Of a stretch of DNA of 64,000 nucleotides, positions 44,870 through 54,760 are shown piece after piece. The notes beneath the pieces are model-generated. The model saw only the letters and a program-made list of their open reading frames with translations. It made no database searches and was not told where the DNA came from. Origin of the DNA: Synergistota bacterium. Its GTDB lineage: Bacteria; Synergistota; Synergistia; Synergistales; 79-D21. The stretch lies in contig JALHIN010000002.1 of assembly GCA_022839995.1 (NCBI GenBank), forward strand, positions 44,983-108,982. Direction: 5' to 3'. Position 1 is the stretch's first letter. Each line of letters opens with the position of its first letter. The translations under genes were made by a program, and so were the position numbers.

Positions 44870-47659
44870 ATGCCGGAGGATTACAAGAATACGCTCAACC
44901 TGCCCCAGACAGATTTCCCGATGAGAGCCAACCTTGCCACGAGGGAACCCGGTTTCCTGAAGATGTGGACGGAGATGGACCTTTATGGGAAACTGATGTC
45001 CAGAACCGACGGGAAACCCCTTTTCATCCTTCATGACGGCCCACCGTACGCCAACGCGAACATCCACATCGGAACCGCCTTCAACAAGATCCTGAAGGAC
45101 TTTATCCCCAAATACAAGTGGATGCAGGGATACCGGGCCCCCTACATCCCCGGCTGGGATACTCACGGCCTCCCGATTGAGCTGCGGGTCCTGAAAGAAG
45201 AGGGGGCTACCAAAGAATCCATTGACCCTGTGGTGTTGAGATCGAAATGCACCGCCTATGCCAGCCGTTTCATCGACATCCAGCGGGAAGAATTCAAGCG
45301 GCTGGGTGTTCTGGGCGACTGGAACCACCCCTACGTCACGTTTACGCCGGAATACGAGGCTGCCCAGCTCGGCGCTTTTGCCGACATGGTGGAGAAGGGG
45401 TTCGTCTACAAGGGTTTCAAGACCGTCTATTGGTGCACGGATTGCCAAACCGCACTCGCCGCAGCTGAAATCGAGTACGAGGACGAATCTTCCCCGTCGA
45501 TTTTTGTCTCCTATCCGATGGCCGATGCTGGAGAAAGGTTCGAGGCTTTAGCCGGAAAAGATGTTTTTGTCATCATTTGGACAACGACACCCTGGACGCT
45601 TCCGGCAAGCATGGCCGTGGCCCTTCAGCCGGACTACGAATACGTCTTCGCCCCTGCGGGCGGCAACGTTTACCTCCTGGCCGCCGAACTTCTGAGTTCT
45701 GTCGAACAGGAAACCGGCTTGGCTTTCTCCGAACCCATCCTTCGCTGCAAGGGTCGAGAACTGGAAGGGCTTGTCGCGATCCACCCGTTTTATGATGAAC
45801 GAAAAGTCCCCCTGGTCCTCGCCGACTATGTCACCCTGGATTCCGGCAGCGGTTGTGTGCATACCGCCCCTGGACACGGTGTCGAAGACTTCGAAACCGG
45901 GATCCGGTACGGCCTGGAAATTTACAACCCGGTCGACCCGACAGGCCGATTCCTCCCCGAAACGCCGCTCGTCGGCGGACTTTCACTGGAGAAGGGAAGC
46001 GAACGGGTCTTCGAGCTTCTCCTCGAAAAAGGGCGCCTGCTGGGCAAAGGAAGAATCCTGCACTCCTATCCGCATTGCTGGAGATGCAAGCAACCCATCA
46101 TCTTCCGTGCGACAGAACAATGGTTCGTCGCGGTTTCTGAATTCCGCAAGGAAGCCCTTGAAGCAATCGACCGAGTCGAGTGGATCCCCGACTGGGGGAA
46201 AGAGCGAATTTCGAACATGGTCAGGGACCGATCCGACTGGTGCATCAGCCGCCAGAGGGTCTGGGGAGTTCCCATCCCTGCCTTTTATTGCGAGGATTGC
46301 GGGGAACTGATCCTGACGCCAGACAGAATCCGCCTTGTGCAGGAAAAGGTGCGCCAGGAGGGAAGCAGCATCTGGTGGAAGGCCGCTCCTGATGAACTGC
46401 TCGGCGATCGCGCGGTCTGTGACAAGTGCGCTTCCGCGAAATTGCGGAAGGAGACCGACATCATGGATGTCTGGTTCGATTCCGGATCGAGCCACATCGC
46501 CGTCCTGGAAACCCGTCCCGAGCTCCGCTGGCCGGCAGACCTCTACCTGGAGGGGAGCGATCAGCATCGGGGGTGGTTCCAGACGTCCCTCCTGAATGCC
46601 GTCGCGACTCGAGGCAATGCGCCTTTTCGGTCCGTGCTGACCCACGGCTTCATCGTCGACGGGGAAGGCCGAAAGATGTCGAAATCCCTGGGCAATACCG
46701 TCAGCCCCCAGGAGGTGATCGAGAAATACGGTGCCGACATCCTCAGGCTATGGGTAGCCTCCACGGATTACCGCAACGATATCCGGATCTCGCAAACCAT
46801 CATTGACAATCTTGTGGAGATGTACCGGCGCATCCGCAACACCTACCGGTACCTTCTCAGCAACGTGTTCGACTTCCAACCGGAAAGGGATTCCGTTTCT
46901 CCCGAGGAAATGGACGAGATGGACCGTTGGATCCTTTCGAGGCTGCAGGCGGTGACCGATCGAGTGACCCAGGGCTTCGAACGTTTCGAATTCCATATCC
47001 CGACCTTTGTCGTCTATCAATTCTGCGTCAATGAACTTTCCGCGTTCTACCTGGACGTCAGCAAGGACCGCCTTTATGCGTCCGCTGCCGCGGAAAGAAC
47101 CCGCCGGAGCTGTCAAACTGTTCTCTGGAAACTGCTCCATGTTCTTGTCCGCGCCCTGGCCCCGGTGCTGAGCTTCACGACCGAAGAAACATGGCAGGCC
47201 ATGAGGACCATCGACAGCGGCCTCCCAGAAAGCGTTTTTCTGGCCGATTGGCCCAAAGTCGAACCGAAATGGACTAACCAGGAACTGGAAGCGAAGTGGG
47301 AAGGGATCCTCTCGGTCCGAGGAGGATTTTGCCGTGCCCTGGAAGCCGCCAGGGGCAAGGGTCTGATCGGAAAAAGCCTCGAGGCAGAGATCGCGGTGCT
47401 TGAAGCCCCGGAAAAGATTCGCGGCACACTCCTCTCTGCAACGGAAGAGGACTGGGAAATGATCTGCATCGTATCCACCTTCCGAATGGACGCCGAATCA
47501 GCGGATGATTACGATCTCATCTTCGACGACGATGAGACAGGTCTCCGGGTGGGCATCCGAAAAGCCCGCGGGACGGCCTGTCCCAGGTGCTGGAGGATCT
47601 CCGCCGAATCTGGCGAAAATGGACTTTGCACTCGCTGTTCACGGGTGGTGGCCGGTTGA
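44870..47659 (+). CDS. ileS: Isoleucine--tRNA ligase
   Basis: 929 aa. HIGH-type motif (PPYANANIHIGTAFN), KMSKS (KMSKSLGN), an editing domain, and C-terminal zinc-binding CPRC...CTRC. Confidence 0.95.
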   Translation: MPEDYKNTLNLPQTDFPMRANLATREPGFLKMWTEMDLYGKLMSRTDGKPLFILHDGPPYANANIHIGTAFNKILKDFIPKYKWMQGYRAPYIPGWDTHGLPIELRVLKEEGATKESIDPVVLRSKCTAYASRFIDIQREEFKRLGVLGDWNHPYVTFTPEYEAAQLGAFADMVEKGFVYKGFKTVYWCTDCQTALAAAEIEYEDESSPSIFVSYPMADAGERFEALAGKDVFVIIWTTTPWTLPASMAVALQPDYEYVFAPAGGNVYLLAAELLSSVEQETGLAFSEPILRCKGRELEGLVAIHPFYDERKVPLVLADYVTLDSGSGCVHTAPGHGVEDFETGIRYGLEIYNPVDPTGRFLPETPLVGGLSLEKGSERVFELLLEKGRLLGKGRILHSYPHCWRCKQPIIFRATEQWFVAVSEFRKEALEAIDRVEWIPDWGKERISNMVRDRSDWCISRQRVWGVPIPAFYCEDCGELILTPDRIRLVQEKVRQEGSSIWWKAAPDELLGDRAVCDKCASAKLRKETDIMDVWFDSGSSHIAVLETRPELRWPADLYLEGSDQHRGWFQTSLLNAVATRGNAPFRSVLTHGFIVDGEGRKMSKSLGNTVSPQEVIEKYGADILRLWVASTDYRNDIRISQTIIDNLVEMYRRIRNTYRYLLSNVFDFQPERDSVSPEEMDEMDRWILSRLQAVTDRVTQGFERFEFHIPTFVVYQFCVNELSAFYLDVSKDRLYASAAAERTRRSCQTVLWKLLHVLVRALAPVLSFTTEETWQAMRTIDSGLPESVFLADWPKVEPKWTNQELEAKWEGILSVRGGFCRALEAARGKGLIGKSLEAEIAVLEAPEKIRGTLLSATEEDWEMICIVSTFRMDAESADDYDLIFDDDETGLRVGIRKARGTACPRCWRISAESGENGLCTRCSRVVAG

Positions 47660-47682
47660 GCGGCAAGAAATGGGGGAGCCCT

Positions 47683-48699
47683 ATGATTCCAGGGCTCCCT
47701 TCGTTTTCACCGAAGGGAAACAGGGGGGGAGCCCCGGACCTGGATGAAAGCGACGCAGGCCCCCTCCAGGAAGAAAGCTGCGAAACGTTTCAGGTCCTGC
47801 CCGAAGAGACGGGAACCCGGCTGGATGTCTTGGTCAGCAGGCGCCTCGGGTTGACTCGAAGCTACGCTAACCGGCTGGTCCGAAAAGGCAAAATCCGCCT
47901 TTCTTCGGGACAAGCTCCCAAGCCGGCGCTGAAGCTCAACGAGGGCGTTCAGGTGGAAGTTCTCGTCCAGGAGATCGAGAACCTGGACCTCGTCCCAGAA
48001 CCCGTTGACTTCGGGGTCGTCTATGAGGACGAAGACATCCTCGTGGTGGATAAACCCGCCGGACTGGTCGTCCACCCTGCACCGGGTCACTGGACCGGTA
48101 CTCTTGTCCACGGACTTCTTTACCGGGATCCGAAAATCGGCTTGATCAACCGGGTCCTCCGGCCCGGCATCGTCCATCGGCTCGATTCAACCACGTCTGG
48201 TCTCATGGTCGTCGCTCGGACCAGCGAGGCCTTGGATAAGCTGGTCCTTTCCTTCAAATCGAGGGCCGTAGAGAAAAAATACCTGGCGCTCGTCTGGGGA
48301 TCTTTCAGGAGTCCGGAAGGAAAGATCGAAGAACCGATCGGAAGGGATCCAGTCCATCGCCTCAGGATGGCGGTTGTCCCCGACGGAAGGGATTCCCTGA
48401 CGGAGTATCGTGTGCTTGTCCGCTACAGGGAAGGGTTCTCCCTGGTCGAGTGCGACTTGAAGACGGGCCGTACGCACCAAATACGGGTACACCTTCGGCA
48501 CATCGGACACCCGCTCGTAGGGGATGTCCTTTACGCCCCAAGGAAAACTTCTCCTCTTCCAAACGAGCGTGTGTTCTTGCACTCGTGGCAACTGACGATT
48601 CCCCACCCCCGCGACGGGAGAAGACTCTCATTCCGGGTTCCTTTACCCGCAGACCTCACGGAGATCCTGAGAAACCTTCATCCGGAAGGCGCGCGGTAA
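47683..48699 (+). CDS. rluD: RluA-family 23S rRNA pseudouridine synthase (RluD-like)
   Basis: S4 domain (RLDVLVSRRLGLTRSYANRLVRKGKIRL) and the catalytic HRLDSTTSGLMVVA. The start is taken at ATG 47683, after the ileS stop. Confidence 0.85.
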   Translation: MIPGLPSFSPKGNRGGAPDLDESDAGPLQEESCETFQVLPEETGTRLDVLVSRRLGLTRSYANRLVRKGKIRLSSGQAPKPALKLNEGVQVEVLVQEIENLDLVPEPVDFGVVYEDEDILVVDKPAGLVVHPAPGHWTGTLVHGLLYRDPKIGLINRVLRPGIVHRLDSTTSGLMVVARTSEALDKLVLSFKSRAVEKKYLALVWGSFRSPEGKIEEPIGRDPVHRLRMAVVPDGRDSLTEYRVLVRYREGFSLVECDLKTGRTHQIRVHLRHIGHPLVGDVLYAPRKTSPLPNERVFLHSWQLTIPHPRDGRRLSFRVPLPADLTEILRNLHPEGAR

Positions 48700-50302
48700 C
48701 GGTCAGTACCTCTGAATGGGAAACAATCACTTCTCCAGGGTTGTCCGCCCCCGTCGGTTTCACGTGCCGTTTTTCCGTCATTTCCACAATGGTCGAAGGG
48801 TTCGTTCGGGCTTTGCTGAAGAAGGCCGCGATTGAGGCAGCGGCTTCGACGACTTGCCGGGGCACCGGCCTCTTCCCCGTTTTCAGGATGACATGAGCAC
48901 CCGGGATCCCCTTTGCATGGAACCAGAGGTCTTCTGGAGAGGCGAGACGGAAGGTGACTTCCCTGTTGCTTTTTGCGCTCGTACCGACGAAAACCGGGAA
49001 ACCGCCGATGTCGAAACGTCGCACGCCGGAGATTCCTTTTGCCGTTTTCTTCCCCGCGGGATACGGTTTCCCGCCGCGGTTGGCCCTCTCGCCGATGGAA
49101 AGAGCTTCCGACAGGAGTTCATCCTGTTCGAGGCACCGGATTTCCTGCTCGGTCTTAAGGATTTCTCTTTGGACCCTTTCTTTCTTTTCCTTCCCCTTGC
49201 GGTAACGCCTGAAGCAGGCCTGGGCGTTTTCGATTCTAGAAAGGCGAGGATCAACCGGGATGAGTATCGTTTGTTCTCCGTGCTCTCCCCAGAAACGTGC
49301 CTCGACTTCACGGGCACCGTCAGGCAACTCTTCACTGCCGGCAAGGAGGGCTTCCCCCCTTTGTTTCCAGAGCTCGGCCAGTTCGCATTCGGCCAACTGG
49401 ACCCGGAGTCCCTCGAGACGGTGTTGAAGCTGCCGGACCTTTCTTCCGGCCGAGGCACAGCGCCTCCCCCCCTCGGTCCCGGAAGCCCGGTCCAACAAAC
49501 CCTCAGCGATCCGGGAACCGGCAGCCTCGAGGGGAGTGCCTTCGAGTTTCTCGGCTCCCGGAAGGAGGACGGGAAAAACCAGGAACGATTTTCCGAAACG
49601 CTGCGGGAGAAAATTTCCCGTCGACGGGCGATGGTCCGCCGAGTACAGGCTTTTCAAATACCCGCCTGGATCTTCCAATGTTTGCCAGTTCGATTGCAGA
49701 CATTCGATCAGGCCCTTTCCGATCCCCCTCAAAGCCTTTAGCGTGGCTGGCGATAGGTCATCCGGCCATTCTCGAGGCGCCATTCCCCCCACCTCCGGAG
49801 GCGGGAGATAGGAAAAGCCCGGCCGATTCCGGTTCGGCGCTTCCCCGGCCGGTTTTGAGCCTCTTGCGGCTTCAATCACCTGCCGTTTTTCATCGGCCAG
49901 GACCAGGTTCGAGAATCTCATCGACGCTTCCAGGATCAGCATCCGCTCCCTGGAAATACCGAGCCCGACCGGCTTGACGAATTTCATCAAAAGGACACGA
50001 TCCGCGTTCAGTTGTTCCGCTCCAGCCAGGACGGCACCCGACAAGTGACTCTTCAGGGCAAGAAGGATGGGGGGGCTGTGGATTGCCCCCTGTCGGAGGC
50101 GATCGACCGTTTCCCTTTTGACGCTCCCGCAACCGCAGTTTTCCGGGTGCCACGAACAGAGCAGCCAGCCCCTGGGGTGAAGATCCAGGGCGATCCAGAA
50201 ATCCGCCCCCTCGACACGGCGCACCCTCGTCCCGATCCAGAAATTCCCCATTTCAACCGACCATGCCCTTACCGTTTCGGGACCAATCTTCACGGTTGTC
50301 AC
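48656..50302 (-). CDS. rqcH: NFACT-family ribosome quality control protein RqcH (FbpA-like)
   Basis: 548 aa. NFACT-N domain, coiled coil, and NFACT-R/DUF814 (GFPVFVGTSAKSNREVTF...DLWFHAKGIPGAHVILK). Confidence 0.85.
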   Translation of the reverse strand: MTTVKIGPETVRAWSVEMGNFWIGTRVRRVEGADFWIALDLHPRGWLLCSWHPENCGCGSVKRETVDRLRQGAIHSPPILLALKSHLSGAVLAGAEQLNADRVLLMKFVKPVGLGISRERMLILEASMRFSNLVLADEKRQVIEAARGSKPAGEAPNRNRPGFSYLPPPEVGGMAPREWPDDLSPATLKALRGIGKGLIECLQSNWQTLEDPGGYLKSLYSADHRPSTGNFLPQRFGKSFLVFPVLLPGAEKLEGTPLEAAGSRIAEGLLDRASGTEGGRRCASAGRKVRQLQHRLEGLRVQLAECELAELWKQRGEALLAGSEELPDGAREVEARFWGEHGEQTILIPVDPRLSRIENAQACFRRYRKGKEKKERVQREILKTEQEIRCLEQDELLSEALSIGERANRGGKPYPAGKKTAKGISGVRRFDIGGFPVFVGTSAKSNREVTFRLASPEDLWFHAKGIPGAHVILKTGKRPVPRQVVEAAASIAAFFSKARTNPSTIVEMTEKRHVKPTGADNPGEVIVSHSEVLTVTARLPDEGFSGSP

Positions 50303-50392
50303 CCCCCGTTTCCCGATATCATAGCAGGGGTAGCCCCGTTACCCTTGACAAGAACCCCCGCCCTCTCTAAAATGGTCGACGTCGCATTGAGC

Positions 50393-50467
50393 GGGGCTGT
50401 GGCGCAGTGGGAGCGCGATTCCTTCGCACGGAATAGGCCAGGGGTTCGAATCCCCTCAGCTCCACCA
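50393..50467 (+). tRNA. tRNA-Ala (CGC)
   Basis: Hand fold: acceptor GGGGCTG/CAGCTCC with the G3:U70 identity pair, anticodon loop TTCGCAC, T loop TTCGAAT, CCA encoded. Confidence 0.85.
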
Positions 50468-50503
50468 GGATATCGATCTTGACTCTGTTATCATAGAGAG
50501 CGT

Positions 50504-50581
50504 CGGGGCGTAGCGCAGCCTGGTCAGCGCACCTGCTTTGGGAGCAGGGTGTCGAAGGTTCGAATCCTTTCGCCCCGACCA
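50504..50581 (+). tRNA. tRNA-Pro (UGG)
   Basis: Acceptor CGGGGCG/CGCCCCG, anticodon arm CCTGC-TTTGGGA-GCAGG, T loop TTCGAAT, CCA. Confidence 0.85.
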
Positions 50582-50602
50582 CCCTGAAGCTTAGCGGAAA
50601 AC

Positions 50603-50679
50603 GCGGGAATAGCTCAGCTGGCTAGAGCGATGGCCTTCCAAGCCGTAGGTCGCGGGTTCGAATCCCGTTTCCCGCTCCA
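50603..50679 (+). tRNA. tRNA-Gly (UCC)
   Basis: Acceptor GCGGGAA/TTCCCGC, anticodon loop CTTCCAA, discriminator U, CCA. Confidence 0.85.
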
Positions 50680-50690
50680 AAGAAATATAG

Positions 50691-50767
<77 letters not shown>

Positions 50768-50793
50768 CTTGGGAACAATGAAGGATTGGAGCC

Positions 50794-50871
50794 GGTGAGC
50801 GTAGCTCAATTGGTCAGAGCACTGGACTGTGGCTCCAGTGGTTGGGGGTTCAAGTCCCCTCGCTCACCCCA
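50794..50871 (+). tRNA. tRNA-His (GUG) with encoded G-1
   Basis: An extra 5' G opposite discriminator C, acceptor GTGAGCG/CGCTCAC, anticodon loop CTGTGGC, CCA. Confidence 0.85.
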
Positions 50872-50888
50872 AATTGAAGGCGGGACGT

Positions 50889-50964
50889 GCGCCCGTAGCT
50901 CAGTGGACAGAGCGGCGGACTTCGGATCCGTTGGTCGCGGGTTCAAATCCTGCCGGGCGCGCCA
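50889..50964 (+). tRNA. tRNA-Arg (UCG)
   Basis: Acceptor GCGCCCG/CGGGCGC, anticodon arm GCGGA-CTTCGGA-TCCGT, CCA. Confidence 0.8.
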
Positions 50965-50995
50965 GCCAATATAAAACCGAATATCGAGTTGCTGT

Positions 50996-51071
50996 GGACC
51001 GTTAGCTCAACTGGCAGAGCACCTGACTCTTAATCAGGGGGTTACAGGTTCGATTCCTGTACGGTCCACCA
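50996..51071 (+). tRNA. tRNA-Lys (CUU)
   Basis: Acceptor GGACCGT/ACGGTCC, anticodon arm CCTGA-CTCTTAA-TCAGG, CCA. Confidence 0.85.
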
Positions 51072-51082
51072 TTTTTTTTCCG

Positions 51083-51167
51083 GCGAGAGTGGTGGAACTG
51101 GTAGACACGCTGGACTTAGGATCCAGTGGCGAAAGCCTTGCGGGTTCAAGTCCCGCCTCTCGCACCA
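51083..51167 (+). tRNA. tRNA-Leu (UAG), long variable arm
   Basis: Acceptor GCGAGAG/CTCTCGC, anticodon loop CTTAGGA, variable arm TGGCGAAAGCCTTGC, CCA. Confidence 0.85.
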
Positions 51168-51355
51168 GGGAAGTTCCATCCCGGAAACGCCTTGAACCAA
51201 ACAGCACGGGGTGTCATGTCGAAGAGAACCCACCGACTTCCAAGGGGATCCGGGGGGTTCTTTCATTCTGTGCTTCGGATCCCAAGCCATGTGATATACT
51301 CTTCACGCCTGAGCCCAAACATTAAATGAAGTGAACCTGAAAGGAGTTGTGACGG

Positions 51356-52732
51356 TTGAAAACCGAGATCATTTCACAAGAGGGCAACAAACAGCGGATC
51401 CGGGCAACGATCGATGCCCAGGAATTCCAGAAAGCTTTGAACACGGTCGTCGGCGAACTGTCCCGCAAGGCCAACATCAAGGGGTTCCGAAAGGGGAAGG
51501 TCCCAAGGAATGTCCTGGAGATGTACTTCGGCCGCGAAGGCATTTATTCCGAAGCGCTGGAGAAGGTCCTGCCTGCGGCCATGGGGGAAATCGTCGAGGA
51601 ATACGACCTCAGCCTGATCAGCGAGCCCGAAGTCGACCTTGAAGGAGAAGTGGAAGAGGGGAAGCCGGTCACCGCGGTGTTCACGTTTGAAGTCCGCCCG
51701 GAGGTGATCCTGCCGGACCTGGCCTCGATCGTCGTTGAAAAGCCGGTTGTCGAGGTGACGGACGCCATGGTGGACGAGGCCGTAGAGCAGATCCGCCTCC
51801 GGCATTCCGAGCTGAAGCCGGTGGAGAACCGGACTTCAAGGGAAGGCGACGCGGTTTCCGTGGAATACACCACCCAGATCGTGGAGGAGGGCAAGGAGAA
51901 CACCGCTTCCTCGCCGCAAACCACGACCATTCAGCTTGACCCCGAATCCCTGCGGGAAGAACTGAAAAACGCCCTGACCGGAAAGAACATCGGGGACGAG
52001 GAATCGGTGGAAATCACCATCGAAGCCGAGCATCCCGATCCTTCCATTGCCGGGAAAACGCTGCGCTACAACTTGAAAGTCAAGGAAATCCTCGAACGAA
52101 TCCTGCCCGAACTCGACGAGGCTTTTGTCCGGAAGACCTCGCAGGATCGGCTCACGAGCCTTGAGGAGTTCAGAAAGGAAGTTGCCGAACGGATCGAAGA
52201 GCAGATCCGCCGGGACGTGCAGAACGCCATGGAGGCGAATGCCCTTTCAAAGCTCCGGGACGCGGCCCAGGTAACGGTACCGGAGACGTTGATCGAGCGA
52301 CAGGTCGCGTCCATGAAGGAAGAGGAAGCGGCCCAGATCAAGAAGCAGTTCAACCTTTCCATGGAAGAATATCTCGACAAGAACGGGATCAAACCGGAGA
52401 CCTTCGAACAAAGCATTCGTGAACGGGCAGAACGGATCGTCCGACAGACGCTGATCCTGGAAGCGCTGGCGGACGAACGCTCGATCGAGGTCGTTTCCCA
52501 GGACATCGAGGCGGAGATCCAAAACCTGGCAGATTCCCTAAGAGCCGATCCTGAGCGGATTCGCTCCCTCCTGTTCAAGGACCGGGAGCGGATGACGGAC
52601 TTTCTCCACCGCATCCGCATGAACAAGGCCATCAGCCAGCTTCTTTCCGAGGTCACGATCAAGGAAGTGTTTCCCAACTCCGCGGCAAACGGGACCGAAC
52701 CCTCTTCCACCGCGAGCGGGGAAAATTCCTGA
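51356..52732 (+). CDS. tig: Trigger factor
   Basis: 458 aa. The ribosome-binding signature GFRKGKVPRNV is near the N-terminus. TTG start. Confidence 0.9.
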   Translation: MKTEIISQEGNKQRIRATIDAQEFQKALNTVVGELSRKANIKGFRKGKVPRNVLEMYFGREGIYSEALEKVLPAAMGEIVEEYDLSLISEPEVDLEGEVEEGKPVTAVFTFEVRPEVILPDLASIVVEKPVVEVTDAMVDEAVEQIRLRHSELKPVENRTSREGDAVSVEYTTQIVEEGKENTASSPQTTTIQLDPESLREELKNALTGKNIGDEESVEITIEAEHPDPSIAGKTLRYNLKVKEILERILPELDEAFVRKTSQDRLTSLEEFRKEVAERIEEQIRRDVQNAMEANALSKLRDAAQVTVPETLIERQVASMKEEEAAQIKKQFNLSMEEYLDKNGIKPETFEQSIRERAERIVRQTLILEALADERSIEVVSQDIEAEIQNLADSLRADPERIRSLLFKDRERMTDFLHRIRMNKAISQLLSEVTIKEVFPNSAANGTEPSSTASGENS

Positions 52733-52750
52733 ATGACGGGAGGTGTCGGC

Positions 52751-53338
52751 ATGTCGTCCATTCTCGTCCCGATGGTCATCGAGCAAACCGGCAGAGGAGA
52801 ACGCTCCTACGACATTTACAGCCGCCTTCTGAAAGACAGGATCGTCTTCATCGGCCAGGAAATCGACGATCACGTGGCAAACATCGTCATCGCGCAGCTT
52901 CTTTTCCTTGAAAGCGAGGACCCGGACAAGGATATCTACCTTTACATCAACAGCCCCGGGGGGATCGTCACTGCTGGCCTTGCGATCTACGACACGATGC
53001 AGTACGTCAAGTGCCCGGTCTCGACCATTTGCGTGGGTCAGGCCTCCAGCATGGCCGCCGTCCTGCTCGCCGCCGGGGAGAAGGACAAGCGGATCGCCCT
53101 CCCGAATGCACGGATCATGATCCACCAACCCCTCGGCGGAGCCCAGGGGCAAGCCACCGACATCGATATCCAGGCGCGGGAAATCCTCCGGGTCAAGCAG
53201 ACGGTAAACGGCATCCTCGCGAAACATACCGGACAATCCATCGACAAGATCACGCTCGACACCGACCGGGATTTCTTCATGTCGGCAGAGGAAGCCAAAA
53301 CCTACGGGATCATCGACCGCATCATCGAGAAACGCTAG
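52751..53338 (+). CDS. clpP: ATP-dependent Clp protease proteolytic subunit
   Basis: [28 protein letters not shown]...[11 protein letters not shown]...IMIHQPLGG (Ser-His-Asp triad context). GGGAGG lies 7 nt upstream of the ATG at 52751. Confidence 0.95.
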   Translation: MSSILVPMVIEQTGRGERSYDIYSRLLKDRIVFIGQEIDDHVANIVIAQLLFLESEDPDKDIYLYINSPGGIVTAGLAIYDTMQYVKCPVSTICVGQASSMAAVLLAAGEKDKRIALPNARIMIHQPLGGAQGQATDIDIQAREILRVKQTVNGILAKHTGQSIDKITLDTDRDFFMSAEEAKTYGIIDRIIEKR

Positions 53339-53366
53339 GATGCAGATCCAGCGCAGGACCTCTGCG

Positions 53367-53403
53367 GAAGGGGAGAGGAGCGCCTCTCCCCTTCTGCTTT
53401 TTT
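53367..53403 (+). terminator. Terminator/attenuator hairpin between clpP and clpX
   Basis: 12-bp perfect stem GAAGGGGAGAGG/CCTCTCCCCTTC, loop AGCG, followed by TGCTTTTTT. Confidence 0.6.
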
Positions 53404-53473
53404 CCGGCATGCGATAGACTATGATATTGTTCCCGGCTTCAGGAAAACTGAAGCTGAAGAGGGGAGGACCATC

Positions 53474-54757
53474 ATGTTCCAACAGGATGACGGAAACGGC
53501 CGAAAACGGAAGAACCTACGCTGCTCGTTCTGCGGCAAGGCGCAGGACGAGGTGGGTCGGTTGATTTCCGGACCCGGCGTCACGATTTGCAACGAATGCG
53601 TGCATCTTTGCAACCTCATTCTGAAAGAAGAACTTGAGGAACCACGGCAAGAGGCCTCGGGCCTCCCGTTTGCAACGGGAAAGATCCCGAATCCCAGGGA
53701 AATCTTCCGTTTCCTGGACAACTATGTCGTGGGGCAAACCCTGGCGAAAAAGATCCTTTCAGTGGCGGTTTACAACCATTACCGCCGGATTCAGAGCAAC
53801 GCCGAGGGCCAGGATGACGTTGAGATGCAGAAAAGCAATGTCGTTCTGATCGGCCCGACCGGAAGCGGGAAAACCCTGCTGGCCCAAAGCATGGCCCGGT
53901 TCCTGAAGGTTCCTTTTGCCATGGCGGACGCCACGACATTGACCGAGGCAGGGTACGTGGGTGAAGACGTGGAAAACATCCTCGTCCGGCTTCTCCAGGC
54001 GGCCGACTACGATTTGAAGGCCGCCGAGCGTGGGATCATCTACCTGGACGAAGTCGACAAGATCGGGCGAAAATCCGAATCCGCCTCCATCACCCGCGAC
54101 GTTTCAGGAGAGGGCGTACAGCAGGCCCTTCTCCGGATTCTCGAAGGCACGGTTGCCAACGTTCCCCCCAAGGGGGGCCGGAAGCATCCATACCAGGACT
54201 TCATCCAGATGGATACCCGGAATATTCTCTTCGTCTGCGGGGGATCCTTCGAGGGACTGGAGGAGATCATCGCCAACCGGATCAACAAGAAGACCATCGG
54301 TTTCGGCGGGACGGTCCTGAGCAACGACAAGCGGGCCCGGTACGAACTCCTCTCACACGTGCAGCCGGAGGACCTCGTCACCTTCGGGTTCATCCCGGAG
54401 TTCGTCGGCAGGCTGGCGATTTTCGCTCCTCTGGAGGGACTCGACGAAGAAGCCCTGGTACGGATCCTTCGCGAGCCCAAGAACGCCCTGATCCGGCAAT
54501 ACGAGAAAGCGTTCGAGCTCGAGGGAGTTCGCCTTCACTGCACCGACGAAGCGGTGAGGAGCATTGCCCGCCTTGCAGCAAAACGAAACACCGGGGCCAG
54601 GGGATTGCGTTCGATCCTGGAGTCGATCATGCTCGACCTGATGTTTGACCTCCCCTCGAAATCCGCGGAGATCGCCAGCGTCACAATCACGCGGGAAACG
54701 GTGGAGGAGGGCGCCCCTCCTTTGTTCGAACCCAAAACTGGCAAGGAGGTCGCCTGA
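53474..54757 (+). CDS. clpX: ATP-dependent Clp protease ATP-binding subunit ClpX
   Basis: Zinc-binding N-terminus CSFCGK...CNEC, Walker [12 protein letters not shown], and the pore loop GYVGEDV. Confidence 0.95.
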   Translation: MFQQDDGNGRKRKNLRCSFCGKAQDEVGRLISGPGVTICNECVHLCNLILKEELEEPRQEASGLPFATGKIPNPREIFRFLDNYVVGQTLAKKILSVAVYNHYRRIQSNAEGQDDVEMQKSNVVLIGPTGSGKTLLAQSMARFLKVPFAMADATTLTEAGYVGEDVENILVRLLQAADYDLKAAERGIIYLDEVDKIGRKSESASITRDVSGEGVQQALLRILEGTVANVPPKGGRKHPYQDFIQMDTRNILFVCGGSFEGLEEIIANRINKKTIGFGGTVLSNDKRARYELLSHVQPEDLVTFGFIPEFVGRLAIFAPLEGLDEEALVRILREPKNALIRQYEKAFELEGVRLHCTDEAVRSIARLAAKRNTGARGLRSILESIMLDLMFDLPSKSAEIASVTITRETVEEGAPPLFEPKTGKEVA

Positions 54758-54760
54758 TCC

